Shown: positions 42,580 through 53,647, numbered from the stretch's first letter. The stretch is DNA of 64,000 bases from an uncultured Chloroflexia bacterium (GCA_963751345.1 CAVVUS010000023.1:128001-192000); one strand, 5' to 3'. Translations and numbers: made by a program. The notes: generated from the sequence alone by a model not told the origin.

Positions 42580-42669
42580 GTGTGCAGACCGGGTTTCGTC
42601 GCTACGTCCGGCGCGACCGACTGCAGGTAGCCCAGCACGCGCTGCTTGTTGGTTCTCGGCACGTCGTCT

Positions 42670-45428
42670 CTAGCCTTTCTCCTCCTCCACGATCCGCGCG
42701 CCGATCCGGCGCACGGTCTCCTTGATGGTCTGCTCCAGCGTGCGCGCAGGGATGCCTTCGGCGCTGGTCACGTCGATCTCCAGCGTGAAGGTGAGGTCGC
42801 CGTCGACGAGGGCGCTGAGAGGCAGGAAGATGCCGCGGTCGACGTCGGCGATCTTGCTCGCCGCCACGCCGGCAATGGCGAGTCGCACGCGGTGGTAGGT
42901 GGTTTGAGGCGGTGTGCGCTCCGACCCTGGGCCGGGCGCAAGGCCGCCTCGATCCGGTCCGCTGACGCTGTCGGTCTTGGCTATGTCAGCCGCGGCCCTG
43001 GCTGCCTTCGGCGCGACCGTGATGGCGCCGGTCGCCGTCGCGACCTGGGTGCCTTGGTCGGCGGCTTGCTGTGCCGCCGACGCAGCTTCCAGCGTCTCTG
43101 CCCGCTCGCGCGTGAGTACCACTTGAGTCTGTGAGAAGTCGATCGCGGTCAGCGCCAGTGGCACGCCGAAACGAAGACTCCACGGGTCTGGGCTGCCGTC
43201 TTTCAGCTCCGCCAGGCCCAGCGCGCCGTCCTGCACGCCAAGCTGGATGGCCCGGGCCAGCACGCCTTCGGAGGCCGGAAGTGGGAGCTGCGGGTTCTTG
43301 TAGAACTGGTCCAGCACCACCGACGTCGCTATTTGGTCGGTGCCGGCCAGCAGGCGGCTGGCCAGGATTGGATAGTGGAGTTGTTCTACGATCACGCCGT
43401 AGTCCATCGAGGTCAGCTCGCGCCAGTACCAGCCGGTCAGCGTCTCCCTGCCCGCTACCGGCGTGCCGAGGTCGATCTCGCGGTGGCCCGCAGGACTGGC
43501 CACGCGCAAACGATGGTACATCCGCCGGACGCTACGGGAGAAGTCGCGCGTGACCGTCTGTTTGCGCCGCTGGACCTCGGCGAGACGGTCTTCAGGCAGC
43601 GAGCGGCGCGGCCTTGATCTCGTCGTCAATCTCTTCCAGGGCCAGGACCGTCTTGACATCCTCTCTGAACTGGGCGAAGGCGGCGGCGTCGGCCAGGGCG
43701 AAGATCAGCGTGTTCTTGTACTCACGGAAGGTAGTCCCCTTGCGTGCCAGCCACGCCTCGATGATGCTCTCGGGTTGCTCCGGGTGCATCACCACCAGCT
43801 TGAGCGCGCGGTTGTCGGGGATGCCATAGCCCGCGGCGGGCCAAAGGTAGGTATTCAGCTTATTCCGGAGTTCTGCTCGACGATGGCCCGCATGCGCTCC
43901 TCGTACCGCTGGTCATAGAGCTCTCGCTTGTCAAGGATTATGCGGTTGAGATTGGGGATGCGCGAGAAGTAGTAGCGCCTGCCTCGGCATTCAAGTACCA
44001 GAGGGTGTCGGCGAGGCGATGTAGCACTCCGTGACCAGCGCCGGGATCGTATCGTTGCGCAACACGGCAAGCTTCACGTAGGGCAACGTGTCGCCTCGCG
44101 TTGTTTCGTCGGCGCTGAAGGAGTAGACGAAGATGGCGGTGGCGATCCGCTGCGCCAGTTGCGACCATCTGGGGTTTGCGGCATCCAGCGCCTGTGATGT
44201 GGCCTGTGGCCCGCGATGTCCGAGGATCACGCGCTCGCCCTCGCTGCCGGCGTGGCGCAGGAACGCCTGACATACTTGCGGGTGGTCAAGTTCAGGTCAC
44301 CGGGCAAGATCATATCGAGGTTGGTTTCGCGATGGTAGAGATCCTCGACGACATTGGCCAGTATTCGCAGCACGCCGAGGGTGCCCTGGAACGAAGGGAA
44401 GGTCGACCACTTCTCGCTGAGCGTGTCGATGACGTCGGGGTGGAAGGGGTAGGCCCGCTCCATCCTGTCGCGCCAGGCCACACCGCGGGCCTTGGCGGGC
44501 AAGTCGTCACGGTAGTGCTGATAGGTTTGGAGGTAGGCATGGATGACCTGGCGCATCTCGGCGACGTCAAGCTGCTCTGCCTCGAAGAGCCTGCGGCGGA
44601 TGACGGCGTAGACCTCATCGCCCTGCACCGGCGTTCGATCGACTCGACACGCCCGAAGATCTTGTCAAGCCGCGCCAGCGACGCTTCCTGCTGCTCACCG
44701 AAGTCCTCCAGGTAGCTGGACGGCAGCGCCACGACCATCATGCCGAAGGGCAAGGTCGCGACGGCCTCGGTCAGCTCCTGAAAGAAAGAGAAGGTCTGTG
44801 TGCTCAGGGCGACATCACTCCGGTCGCGCACGTCCTGGGCGCGGTTGATGTACTCCAGGACTTCGTCGAAGAGCAGGATGCAGGGCTGGTGCGCTTCCAG
44901 GAAGGCGCGCAGGGCGGCCTTGCCCGGCGAGACGCGCGCCTCGTCATTCCGGCGGAAGGTCTCGTAGCCCTCGGGTCCGCCGATCTGGAAGGCGATCTCG
45001 CCCCAGAAGGTGTGGCGCGTGAGCCCTGGGTCGTGAGACCCTCCAGCGGGTTCCAGTGGTTCCCGGCGATCACGCTCATTCGAGGTCGCGGAAGATCCAT
45101 CCCGGGCGGGAGCAGTTCGCGGATGTCGGCACTGTGTTGGAGATAGTGGTAGAGCGCGACGAGGCTGTTGGTTTTGCCGCCGCCAGACGGGGTCCGGATC
45201 TCGATCACCGAGCCTCCTGGCCCTGGACCAGCTTCAGGTTGACGCGCTCAAGCAGATGGCGCAGCCCATCGGTTAGGTAGGTCTGCTTGAAGAAGAGGCA
45301 GGGATCGTTATAGTCCGCCGGGGCCACGCCGCGGCCACATCGCCGAGGTCGGCGGCGAAGACCGCCTCGCCGAACTGTCCCTTGCGGATATCCTCGCGGG
45401 GTGGGATGATGTCGAACCAGTTCTTCAT
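42670..45428 (-). pseudogene. DUF499 family AAA+ ATPase, multiply frameshifted
   Basis: MKNWFDIIPPREDI..G...AVFAADL, FFKQTYLT, GGGKT, ILFDEV, AYPFHP, GVLRILA, PNLNRII, YKNTLIF found across about 8 frame fragments. Confidence 0.8.
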
Positions 45429-45795
45429 AGGACCTCCGGCTGCTCTCGTACGACCCGCAGATGAGCGCGCACTGCGGCTGAATCCAGGTCGAACTCACGT
45501 CGATCTCGCGCCGCCGCCGGCACAGGGACAACTCCATTCGCCTCCTTACCTTAGCGATGCTGGGGCGCAAGTCAAGCCTGGCTTATCCCAGGAGACCGGT
45601 TTGTAGGACTTGCCCTGAGTGGGGCGGGGTGTCATGCGAAGTTGCTCGCGATGAGCATGTAGAAGCCCATCAAGGTACAGGCCATAGGCGCGAAGTGGGC
45701 CAGAGTATACGCCACTTCCAAGCGACACGAGGGTCACCTTACGTTACGAAGCTCGCCGCGTCGGCTCGGTGGGCCGCCTGCCGGACGATTCGCTG

Positions 45796-47826
45796 TCACC
45801 CACGGTCTACGTCGACCAGTCCCTGTGCTGCGAGCTGCTGGAGTGATGGGGGCAGCTCTCCCGTCACCGTCAGGATCAGGCGCTGCCCGGCCCGCGTGAA
45901 GGCCATGTAGAGTTGGCGGGTGTGCGCCTCCACCAGCTCGGCGCGGTATCTTCGTCCAAACGTAGGCCGTACTCCGCCTCGAAGAGCTCCTGGAGTCCAT
46001 GGCGAAGACGACCGGGCTCTCCGGGCCTGTGCCCGCGTTGAGGGTGGTACCCGGATGAAGTAGCCGGGAGGTTCGTCCTTGGGATCGCGCGCGGCTTGAC
46101 CGGAGTTTCTCGTTGAGGGCTTCCACCATTGCACCGCGGCCCGGGCACTGCTGTGCAGGATCAGGACGTGGCGGCGAGGCAGCCCGCGGGCGACTGCGGC
46201 CTCGATCTGCTTGACCACTTCGGCGCGCTCGTCCTGCGGTGCACCGAACTTCAAACAGACCGGCGCCGGCCCGGCGGGCATACCGCCGAGGTCGGCCTCG
46301 ACACGTCGGGGTATTTTCCGGCAGCCGGAGCCGGTAGAAGGCCAGGGCCAGGGCCATGATGGCACGCGTGGTACGGTAGCTGCGGCGCAGGACGTGCGAC
46401 CGGCCCCGCATGTCGACGCCCGCCACCGATCGCCACGACGCCCCTCGTCGAAGGAATCCCTGGGTGGGATCCGCTGCCAGCATGAGATAGCCGACCTCCG
46501 GGGTGACCATCGCGCGGACGACGTCGAACCAGACGGGGGCGAAGAACTGCGCTTCGTCGACCAGCACCACGTCATAGTGGGGTGGGGCGATACGACCTTC
46601 CTGCAGCCAATGCCAATAGCGGCGCGGCACGTCCCACCAATCGATCATGCCCAGCCGACCGAGCCGGTGCTGATAGGCCTGCATCGCCTCAAAGAGGGTT
46701 TCACGCTGCTGCTGCGTCAGCCGGAACCCTCGCCCTGACGGCCGGCCTCCATATAGTCCTCGTGTCGGGCGATGCCGAGGTCCTTGACCCAACCCAGCTC
46801 GCCCTGCAGCATGCGCAAGCTGACGCCGGACCCGCGCAGGTGCTCCGCCCAGATGGCCCGCACCAGCCGCGCGCGCCGGTAGTCGGGCAGAACCTCGAAG
46901 GCCTCGTCCTTCGGCCACTGGCGCCGGCACCAGCGCATGAACGTGTTCCAGCCGACAGCACTCACTCCCGCCCCGTTGAGCTGGGCATAGCGGGCGCGCA
47001 TGTCGTGGATCAAGGGGCGATTGTGGGTCAGCACCTGATAGGCCTTGCGAGGGAATCTCGATTGGAGCAGTCGCAACCGGTAGAGCAGGATAAGTGTCTT
47101 GCCGCTGCCTGCGACGCCGTTGATGAGCTGGATGCTGAAGTCGCGGGAGAGTTGGCTGCCCTCAGCAACGAGATCGAGGTCGCTCTTTAGGACGGCCTCC
47201 TGTTCGTAGTCGAGGAGGTAGTCAGCCAGGGCGGGGGCCGTCCGGTGGCGGCGCGGGCGCGCCCGCGCGACGAATGCGGCGGGCACGATGACCTCGGGCG
47301 AGAACTCGCTGCGGAGGATGTGGAGGTCATCCTCACCGGGGGGTGCCGGCGGGAGAAGCTCCTCCCACGCTTCGACACCACGCCCCAGCACCCATTCGCG
47401 GTCGAGCCAGGCATACGCCGGCGTCGTTCCCGAGGCCTCTATCGTGCGGATGTCACGCCGCGTCAAGTTGGGAAAAAGGACGGCGGCACCGATCACGCCC
47501 GGACTGACGCCTTCCCGGCGGGTCACCCTGAGGAATGCCGTCAACGTCTGCTCCTCGGCCTCACCGGGCACCGGGCTCTCTTCGTCGAAGGTCAGCAACT
47601 GAAGCTGCGGCGCCTGCCGGGCGTGCTCCGGCGTCGCGCGGCTGACCTTCAGGACGAGGACGCCGCGGTCGGGGGCCAGGATGAGGAAATCGGGGGCATC
47701 CTCCTCCCACGGGGCGACGTGGAACCAGACGCGCCAGCTCTCGGGCAGGGCCTTGAGCGCGTGGAAGGCCCGCGCCACCTCCGACGCCACGCTTGAACCC
47801 GGTCTCTCGGGGATGATCTGGGCCAT
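45796..47826 (-). CDS. NERD-like domain + UvrD-like SF1 helicase (several frameshifts at 45950-46730)
   Basis: PDFLIL..GVLVLKV, GVAGSGKT, VLVDEAQ, ADPTQ, LRRSYRTT, QLYMAFTRA. Confidence 0.8.
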
Positions 47827-47851
47827 TGATCCGTGCGCCGCCCGATGGCGG

Positions 47852-49750
47852 CTACCCGAGTCCTTTGCCGGGCCGAGAGGCCCCACGAAGCTGGTCCACG
47901 TGTTCATTGTGACCGCCGTTGGGACTCGCGGACGTCGACGAAGCATCTGGGAGCTGAGATTGCGGATTGGCAGACACGATCGTACACCGGTTGATCAGAT
48001 CCCGGAAGAGCGCCACGTTATCGACCAACGCTGGGTCCTGGGGCTGTGCGCGAAGTACGCTGCTGCTGCCGACAAGGATGAGCTTGGTCCGCGGGCGCGT
48101 GATGGTGACGTTGAGGCGCTGCGGCTGGAAGTAGAAGTCGGCGAGTTCCGCGGCGAAGGCTGGGCTTGAGGTCGTCAGCGAGACCAGGATCACCTCGCGC
48201 TCCTGGCCCTGCATGCGCTCCACGGTGTCGATGACGATGGATCGACGCCTGTCAGGGTCGGGCAGCGCCCGGCGCAACAGGTTGCGGATCTCGCGGCCCT
48301 GCGCGCGGTAGGGTGTCACGACGCCGATCTCATCTGCAGGAACGCCCTCGGTCAGAAGCGCCACAATGAGGTCCACGACGACGTCGGCCTCGCGGCGACT
48401 GCGGATGGTGGTATTGGTGCCGAAGAGCTCGACGAAGATGGCGGGCTCTTCGGGGGCGAGGGCGGCGCTCCAACGTCCGATGTACCGGCCGTTGAGACTC
48501 AGACGGCGCTCGCCGATGCCGGGGGCAGGGCGGAGCTCTCCTTCGTAAAAGGTACGGCTTGGCCATGCCGTGAGGGCATCGTTCATACGGTAGGTTTCGG
48601 TGAGCATTGTGCTGTACCCTCCGCGGGCGAGGTAGGCGAAGACCGACGTGTGGGCGAGCTCGTGGTCGCGGGGCATGGCGGTCACCGGGGGTAACTGGCG
48701 ATCGTCGCCGATGAAGATGAAGCGCTTGCCCGACAGCATCCCGAGCACCGCCAGTGGCAACGTAATCTGCGAGGCCTCATCGAAGATCACTGTGTCGAAC
48801 TCTACGTCGCTCAGGCGCGAGGTCCGGGTGGCAAAGGGCGTCGCGCCCACGACGTAGCCGCCGCGCAGCCGACCAAAGCCGGCGTCTGCGAAGCTCTCGA
48901 AGTTGTCGACCCGAAGGTCGTCGGCGCGGGAGGGGTGGCCGATCTTGCATGTCGGCACGGCCGTCAGTTCCGCGGAACCGGCGAGATCCGCCACTTTGTT
49001 GAGGGCGTTGTTGATGGCACGGTGGGTGAGCGCGGTGACGAGCACGCGGTCGCCCTCCGCGGCGAGCAGCCGCGCGAGGTGGGCGAGTACGAAGGTCTTG
49101 CCGGTGCCCGGCGGTCCCTGGATCAGATGGGCCAGGTCAGTGGCGTAGGCGCTTGCGACGCCGACGGCTTGTTGCTCATTGAGCCCGGCATCGACCGCGG
49201 CCATCCAGGCACGCTCGAACGCGGCCAGGTCGATGGAGGGCAATACCGCCCCGAGAATCAGCGGCAGGATGATCTGGCGGCCTGTTTGGCGGTCGGCGAC
49301 CTCGGCCAGGGCGTCCAGGTAGAAGCCGCTCAGGTCGAAGTATCCCTCGTCGGCGATCCAGCCGTCGCGTTCGTCGACCAGCCGGTGGACGGGTCCGGCC
49401 CGCGGGCTGATCTCGACCGTGGTTTCTTCGTCGTACTCCAAGACGGCTTCGATCCATCCGCCGGGGTCGCGATCGCCCCGCAGCGGCCCGTCGGCCCATT
49501 CGTCCGCTTGATGGAGGAAGAGGTAGTCCCCCTCGCGGAACTTGGAGTCGTTGCGATCGCAGTGCAGGACGACGCGGCCCGTCCTGGGGTTGATCCCTGT
49601 CACGCGAAGCCCCTCGAGGGCCTTGCCCGCGCGGACACGGTCTCCCAAGGGCTGGGCCCACTGGGCCTCATAGATCTCCCGTTGGGCCTGTGCCTCGTCA
49701 CGTATCAGCGACTCCAGCCGCTGGAGCAGTTGGGCAGCACGATCGGACAT
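47852..49750 (-). CDS. DNA2/NAM7 (UPF1-like) SF1B helicase
   Basis: GPPGTGKT, DEASQ, GDDRQLPP, YRM, TPYRAQ, TVERMQGQE, RLNVTITR. Confidence 0.9.
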   Translation of the reverse strand: MSDRAAQLLQRLESLIRDEAQAQREIYEAQWAQPLGDRVRAGKALEGLRVTGINPRTGRVVLHCDRNDSKFREGDYLFLHQADEWADGPLRGDRDPGGWIEAVLEYDEETTVEISPRAGPVHRLVDERDGWIADEGYFDLSGFYLDALAEVADRQTGRQIILPLILGAVLPSIDLAAFERAWMAAVDAGLNEQQAVGVASAYATDLAHLIQGPPGTGKTFVLAHLARLLAAEGDRVLVTALTHRAINNALNKVADLAGSAELTAVPTCKIGHPSRADDLRVDNFESFADAGFGRLRGGYVVGATPFATRTSRLSDVEFDTVIFDEASQITLPLAVLGMLSGKRFIFIGDDRQLPPVTAMPRDHELAHTSVFAYLARGGYSTMLTETYRMNDALTAWPSRTFYEGELRPAPGIGERRLSLNGRYIGRWSAALAPEEPAIFVELFGTNTTIRSRREADVVVDLIVALLTEGVPADEIGVVTPYRAQGREIRNLLRRALPDPDRRRSIVIDTVERMQGQEREVILVSLTTSSPAFAAELADFYFQPQRLNVTITRPRTKLILVGSSSVLRAQPQDPALVDNVALFRDLINRCTIVSANPQSQLPDASSTSASPNGGHNEHVDQLRGASRPGKGLG

Positions 49751-49792
49751 ACCCCTATTCTACACGATGATGGCGGCTCCGGCTGCATTTTG

Positions 49793-50236
49793 ATGCGCGC
49801 TGCGGATGCGGACACCTACAGCGCCGCGACGATGGGTGTGGGGCTGGGGGAGATCACGGGTACCTGGGTCGGGACGCTGACGATTCCGAACGTGGCAGAG
49901 TTGCGGATGGGGATCACGTTGGTACGCGGGCCGGAGGGAGCGCTGGAGGCTTTGCTGCGGATCATCGATCAGGCTACCCAGACTATCAACGGCGACCGCG
50001 ATATGCAGAATGCGCCGAAGATGAACCTGCTCCCTATCGAGACGGCGCTTCGGGAGAGCAGACACCCCGATTTCGAGGTGCGAGAGCTGCCGGGTCTCAA
50101 CCATCTCTTCCAGCACGCGGAGACCGGGCTGGAGCACGAGTACGCGCGCATCGAGGAGACGATGGCGCCGGAGATGCCGGCGCTCATCGCCGATTGGATC
50201 CTGGCGAAGTTGGCTGCGTTCGATGGAATCCAGTAA
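49793..50236 (+). pseudogene. Internally deleted alpha/beta hydrolase remnant
   Basis: N-terminal GTWVGTL...DQA joined to C-terminal NGDRDMQ...LPGLNHLFQ..TG..EY..IEET; the GxSxG core is absent. Confidence 0.65.
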
Positions 50237-50260
50237 TCAGTTCGCTTGGATCCTGGAAGT

Positions 50261-50562
50261 TGTCATCCCGAACGGGCCTCCACCGCGTGGAGGAATGACA
50301 CGCTGTCTGTAGTGAGGATGGTAGCTTGGAACTGCAGCACTGAGATGCTTCACTTCGTTCAGCATGACGGCGTAGCGGGCAATAGTGGCATGGACCGCGT
50401 GTCAGCCGCCCGGCGGGGATCAGCCTGACGCGCTGCCTGTAGTGAGGATGGTGGCTTGGAACTGCAGCACTGAGATGCTTCACTTCGTTCAGCATGACAG
50501 CGTAGCGGGCAATATTGGCATGAACCGCGTGTCTGCCGCGCGGCGGCCGGGATCAGAGTGAC
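50261..50562. repeat. Tandem duplication of a 130-bp unit containing a REP-like half-site, preceded by a TGTCAT...ATGACA hairpin
   Basis: Copies start at 50296 and 50426 and share tgtagtgaggatgg...gagatgcttcacttcgttcagcatgac...gggatcag. Confidence 0.9.
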
Positions 50563-50599
50563 AGCCACAGCCTTCAGCTGAATTGACCCCCAGAACCCC

Positions 50600-51796
50600 T
50601 CAGAGGCCGTAGGCGTCTGCCAACTCCAGCTCTTCTTCCTCGACGCGCTTGATGAAGATGTCCTCGAACTGCAGCCCTGCGGCCTTGAGAATGCCAAAGA
50701 AGCGCTGGAGGTTGAGGTCGGCTGCGGGCGAAGCCAGAAGCACCTTGCCGTGGGCGAGAAAGATGAGCTGGCCTGCGTAACGGTCGACGAAGCTTCCGCG
50801 CTCTGAGAAGTACCACTGTGCGCTCTCGCAGAGATCACGCCGCTGGCGCAGCGCCGTGGCGTGGGTCTCCGGTTCCGTCGCGCCCTCGATGGTATAGGGT
50901 CTGCGGCCCGCAGGTAGGGCCCCGTCTACGTCGATCGCATCTGCCGCGATGGGTCCGAGTCCGTGGGCCGCCGCGACCTTGAGATGGTTATCGGCGCGCA
51001 GGAAGGGCGCCGTACCATAGTCCGCCTCGGGATCGACGCCCATGAATCGAGAGGCAACGGCATCGGTGGCGACCGCGTTGTCGCCCCCGATAAGGATCGA
51101 CGAGGTGACCGGGTCGCCGACCCACATATGGTAGTTGCTGCCGACGATGCCGTCGATCAGCGCGATGGCGGGCGGGAGCACGCGACCGAGGTCGGTCAGA
51201 ACACGGGGCAGGCGAATGAGTGAATGGAGCGCCACCCGAGGTGAGCCGTAGACCGACCCGGGCGGGGTCCCGAAGAGATTCTTCAGTGTGAGCGTGACGC
51301 CGCAGATGGCGTGCGCCTTCATCTTGGCCAGCGAGATCACGAGATCGACGTCGTGGAGGAAGGCGGGCAGATGATATGCGCGGAACATCGCCGGGTCGGG
51401 CACGTCGAAACGGGAGACCGGCTCGCGGTGCAGGTTGACGAGGCGGAAGCCGGCCCGTTCGGCGACGGCCATGTGGCCGCGCTCGCGGGCGGCATCGAGC
51501 GTCGGAATGCCATCGGTGCCATCACCGACGATGACATCGGCGGTGGTGTGGTCGCGCAGAAAGTCTGCAAGACCCTCGAAGACCTGGGGATCGACGTAGG
51601 CGACGGGACGGCCAAGGTAGGTGCCCAGGCCGGGAATGCCGATGTTGAGCTTGATGAAGATGCGGCGGGCCTGGCTGAGGCGGGTGGCGGTCTGTGGCGA
51701 GTGCGCCACGAGCGCCGTGAGCAGGTCGACGACGCGTGCAGCAGTGTCGGGCGCGTCCGGCGCGCAGGGCCTCAGGACGACGGTGGGGGCTGGCAT
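50600..51796 (-). CDS. DUF362 domain protein with C-terminal extension
   Basis: IFIKLN, VGDG, ISLAKMKAH..GVTLTLKNLFG, IDGIVG, AVATDA. Confidence 0.82.
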   Translation of the reverse strand: MPAPTVVLRPCAPDAPDTAARVVDLLTALVAHSPQTATRLSQARRIFIKLNIGIPGLGTYLGRPVAYVDPQVFEGLADFLRDHTTADVIVGDGTDGIPTLDAARERGHMAVAERAGFRLVNLHREPVSRFDVPDPAMFRAYHLPAFLHDVDLVISLAKMKAHAICGVTLTLKNLFGTPPGSVYGSPRVALHSLIRLPRVLTDLGRVLPPAIALIDGIVGSNYHMWVGDPVTSSILIGGDNAVATDAVASRFMGVDPEADYGTAPFLRADNHLKVAAAHGLGPIAADAIDVDGALPAGRRPYTIEGATEPETHATALRQRRDLCESAQWYFSERGSFVDRYAGQLIFLAHGKVLLASPAADLNLQRFFGILKAAGLQFEDIFIKRVEEEELELADAYGL

Positions 51797-51867
51797 TGGG
51801 GGCCTCCTTGTGTTTTCGGGAAACCTTGTGAATGTTTCCGAAACCTTCGCCAGATTGTCGCTCCGCG

Positions 51868-52966
51868 TTACTGACGAATCGGCGTCTCCAGCGTGGCAGC
51901 AAAGACGCCGGGTTCCCAGCGCAGGACGAGGTCGCGCGGTGCACGACCTTTGTCAGGCAGCACCGTGGTCCACCAGCCCTCGCAGGGCTCGTCCGGTCTC
52001 GCAGTGCAGAGGCTGAACGCGGGGTCCTTGCGCTCCAGGATCAGGAGCGCGTGGGCGTCGCCTTTGCCATCGATTACGCTAATGTCCAACGGGTTGAAGG
52101 TGATGCTGCCCTCACCTATTGCCTCTGCGACGATGTATAGGGAGAGGTAGATCTCGCCCTTGTCCACCTCGAAGTCCCCCAGGACCTCATCCCAGGCCAG
52201 CTCCCGGACGCCGAGTCGGCTATCGCCGTTGACGAGCCACGCGCTGGCTCCGGCGTCGGAGGGCTCGGGGCTTGCCGGGGGCTGAGTGCGAGGAGGTGCC
52301 GTGGGGCGGTCGCGCAGGGGCGGCACCGGTGGTGGCCGTGGCGGCTGCGGAAGGCGTAATACCTCCAGACGGCGTGGCGCCCGACACGATCTGCACGTAG
52401 AGCACAGGGCCGAAGCAGGTGCCCTCACCGACGCAGAGCTGCCAGTTGCCCCGGTACATCCCGGGCTCCGTGGGTGCGGCCAGGTTGACCGAGAGTTCAG
52501 CGACCTCGCCGGGTGCCGCAGCCGGGATGGGGACGGTGGCCGGGCCACCCATCTGGGCGCCCTCGATGAAGCGCAGGGCATAGCCCTCTACCCAGGGGCA
52601 GGTCCCGCTGTTGCGCACGCGCCAGACCTTGAGGAAGGTCTCCCCAGGAGCCACGGCCGTGTTGTCCGGGATCGTCACGTCGGCCACATATTCGGCGTCG
52701 GGCTCACAGCCGGACGTGCCGACGGTGGGCGAAGGTGTGGCAAAGATCGCCATAGAGGTCTCGTCCACGACGGGCGTCAGGGTCGTCCACGGAATGGTGG
52801 GGCCTGCATTCCCGCCGGGGAAGACCACTCGGAAGAGAAGATAGGCGACGAAGAGACAGGCGACCAGGGCGATGGCAGTGGCGGCGATTAGCCAGCCCAG
52901 GCGTCTGTTGGGGGTCTCGGGTTCACCGGTCACTTCGGATTGGCTGGAGTCTGGGTCGAGCGTCAT
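51868..52966 (-). CDS. Membrane-anchored NBR1-Ig-like domain protein (frameshift near 52290)
   Basis: TM helix, YVADVTIPDNT..PGETFLKVWRVRNSGTCPW, Pro/Thr linker, DUF4352-like C-domain. Confidence 0.8.
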
Positions 52967-53116
52967 TATGTATTCCCCTTGTCCTTACGCACCCCATCAT
53001 TATACCCTAACCTCGTGCGGGTTTCCCGTGCATTCTGTGGCCGGTCGCGTATACTCCTCACCAATGTCGATCCATCGTGATCTGCACCAACCGGCGGGTA
53101 GTGCCGGGAGATACCC

Positions 53117-53647
53117 GTGAAGCGGCTATGTCTGAAGCCCGTGCTGCTAGCCCTTTGGCGCAGGTTACCGGGATGGCTCCAGGGACGGATTGAGTGGCTG
53201 TTGCTCCCCAAGTTCATGGTGGGAGCGATGGCGGTGGTGCTGGATGATCAGGGTCGCGTTCTGCTCTTCCGGCACACGTATCGAGACGAATACCCCTGGG
53301 GCTTGCCCGGCGGCTGGATCAAGTCCGGCGAGGACCCCACCGACGCGGTTGAGCGCGAGATCCGTGAGGAGTCAGGCTATCGTATCAAGGCGCTCCATCC
53401 GTTGGTCATCGGGGGCGACAGGGCACTGCGAAGGCTCGACCTGATCTTTCTCTGTGATCTGGCCGGCGGGGATTTCCGTCCGAGCGCTGAGGTGTCCGAT
53501 GCGGCGTTCTTCGGCCCCGAAGAGCTGCCTGGGCTCGTGGAGCCATTTCACGTCCAGGTGGCAGCGTATGCGGAGAAGGTGTTGAAGGGAGAAGTGCGTG
53601 GCCAACCCGCGGGCCACGTGCCGGCCCCGCTGCCGCCCGATATCTGA
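53117..53647 (+). CDS. NUDIX hydrolase
   Basis: Nudix box WGLPGG...GEDP..AVEREIREESG. Confidence 0.9.
   Translation: MKRLCLKPVLLALWRRLPGWLQGRIEWLLLPKFMVGAMAVVLDDQGRVLLFRHTYRDEYPWGLPGGWIKSGEDPTDAVEREIREESGYRIKALHPLVIGGDRALRRLDLIFLCDLAGGDFRPSAEVSDAAFFGPEELPGLVEPFHVQVAAYAEKVLKGEVRGQPAGHVPAPLPPDI

Noticed and set aside
50296-50556. CRISPR array
   Set aside because: Only two units, the would-be spacers are also duplicated, the period is 130 bp, and there are no cas genes.
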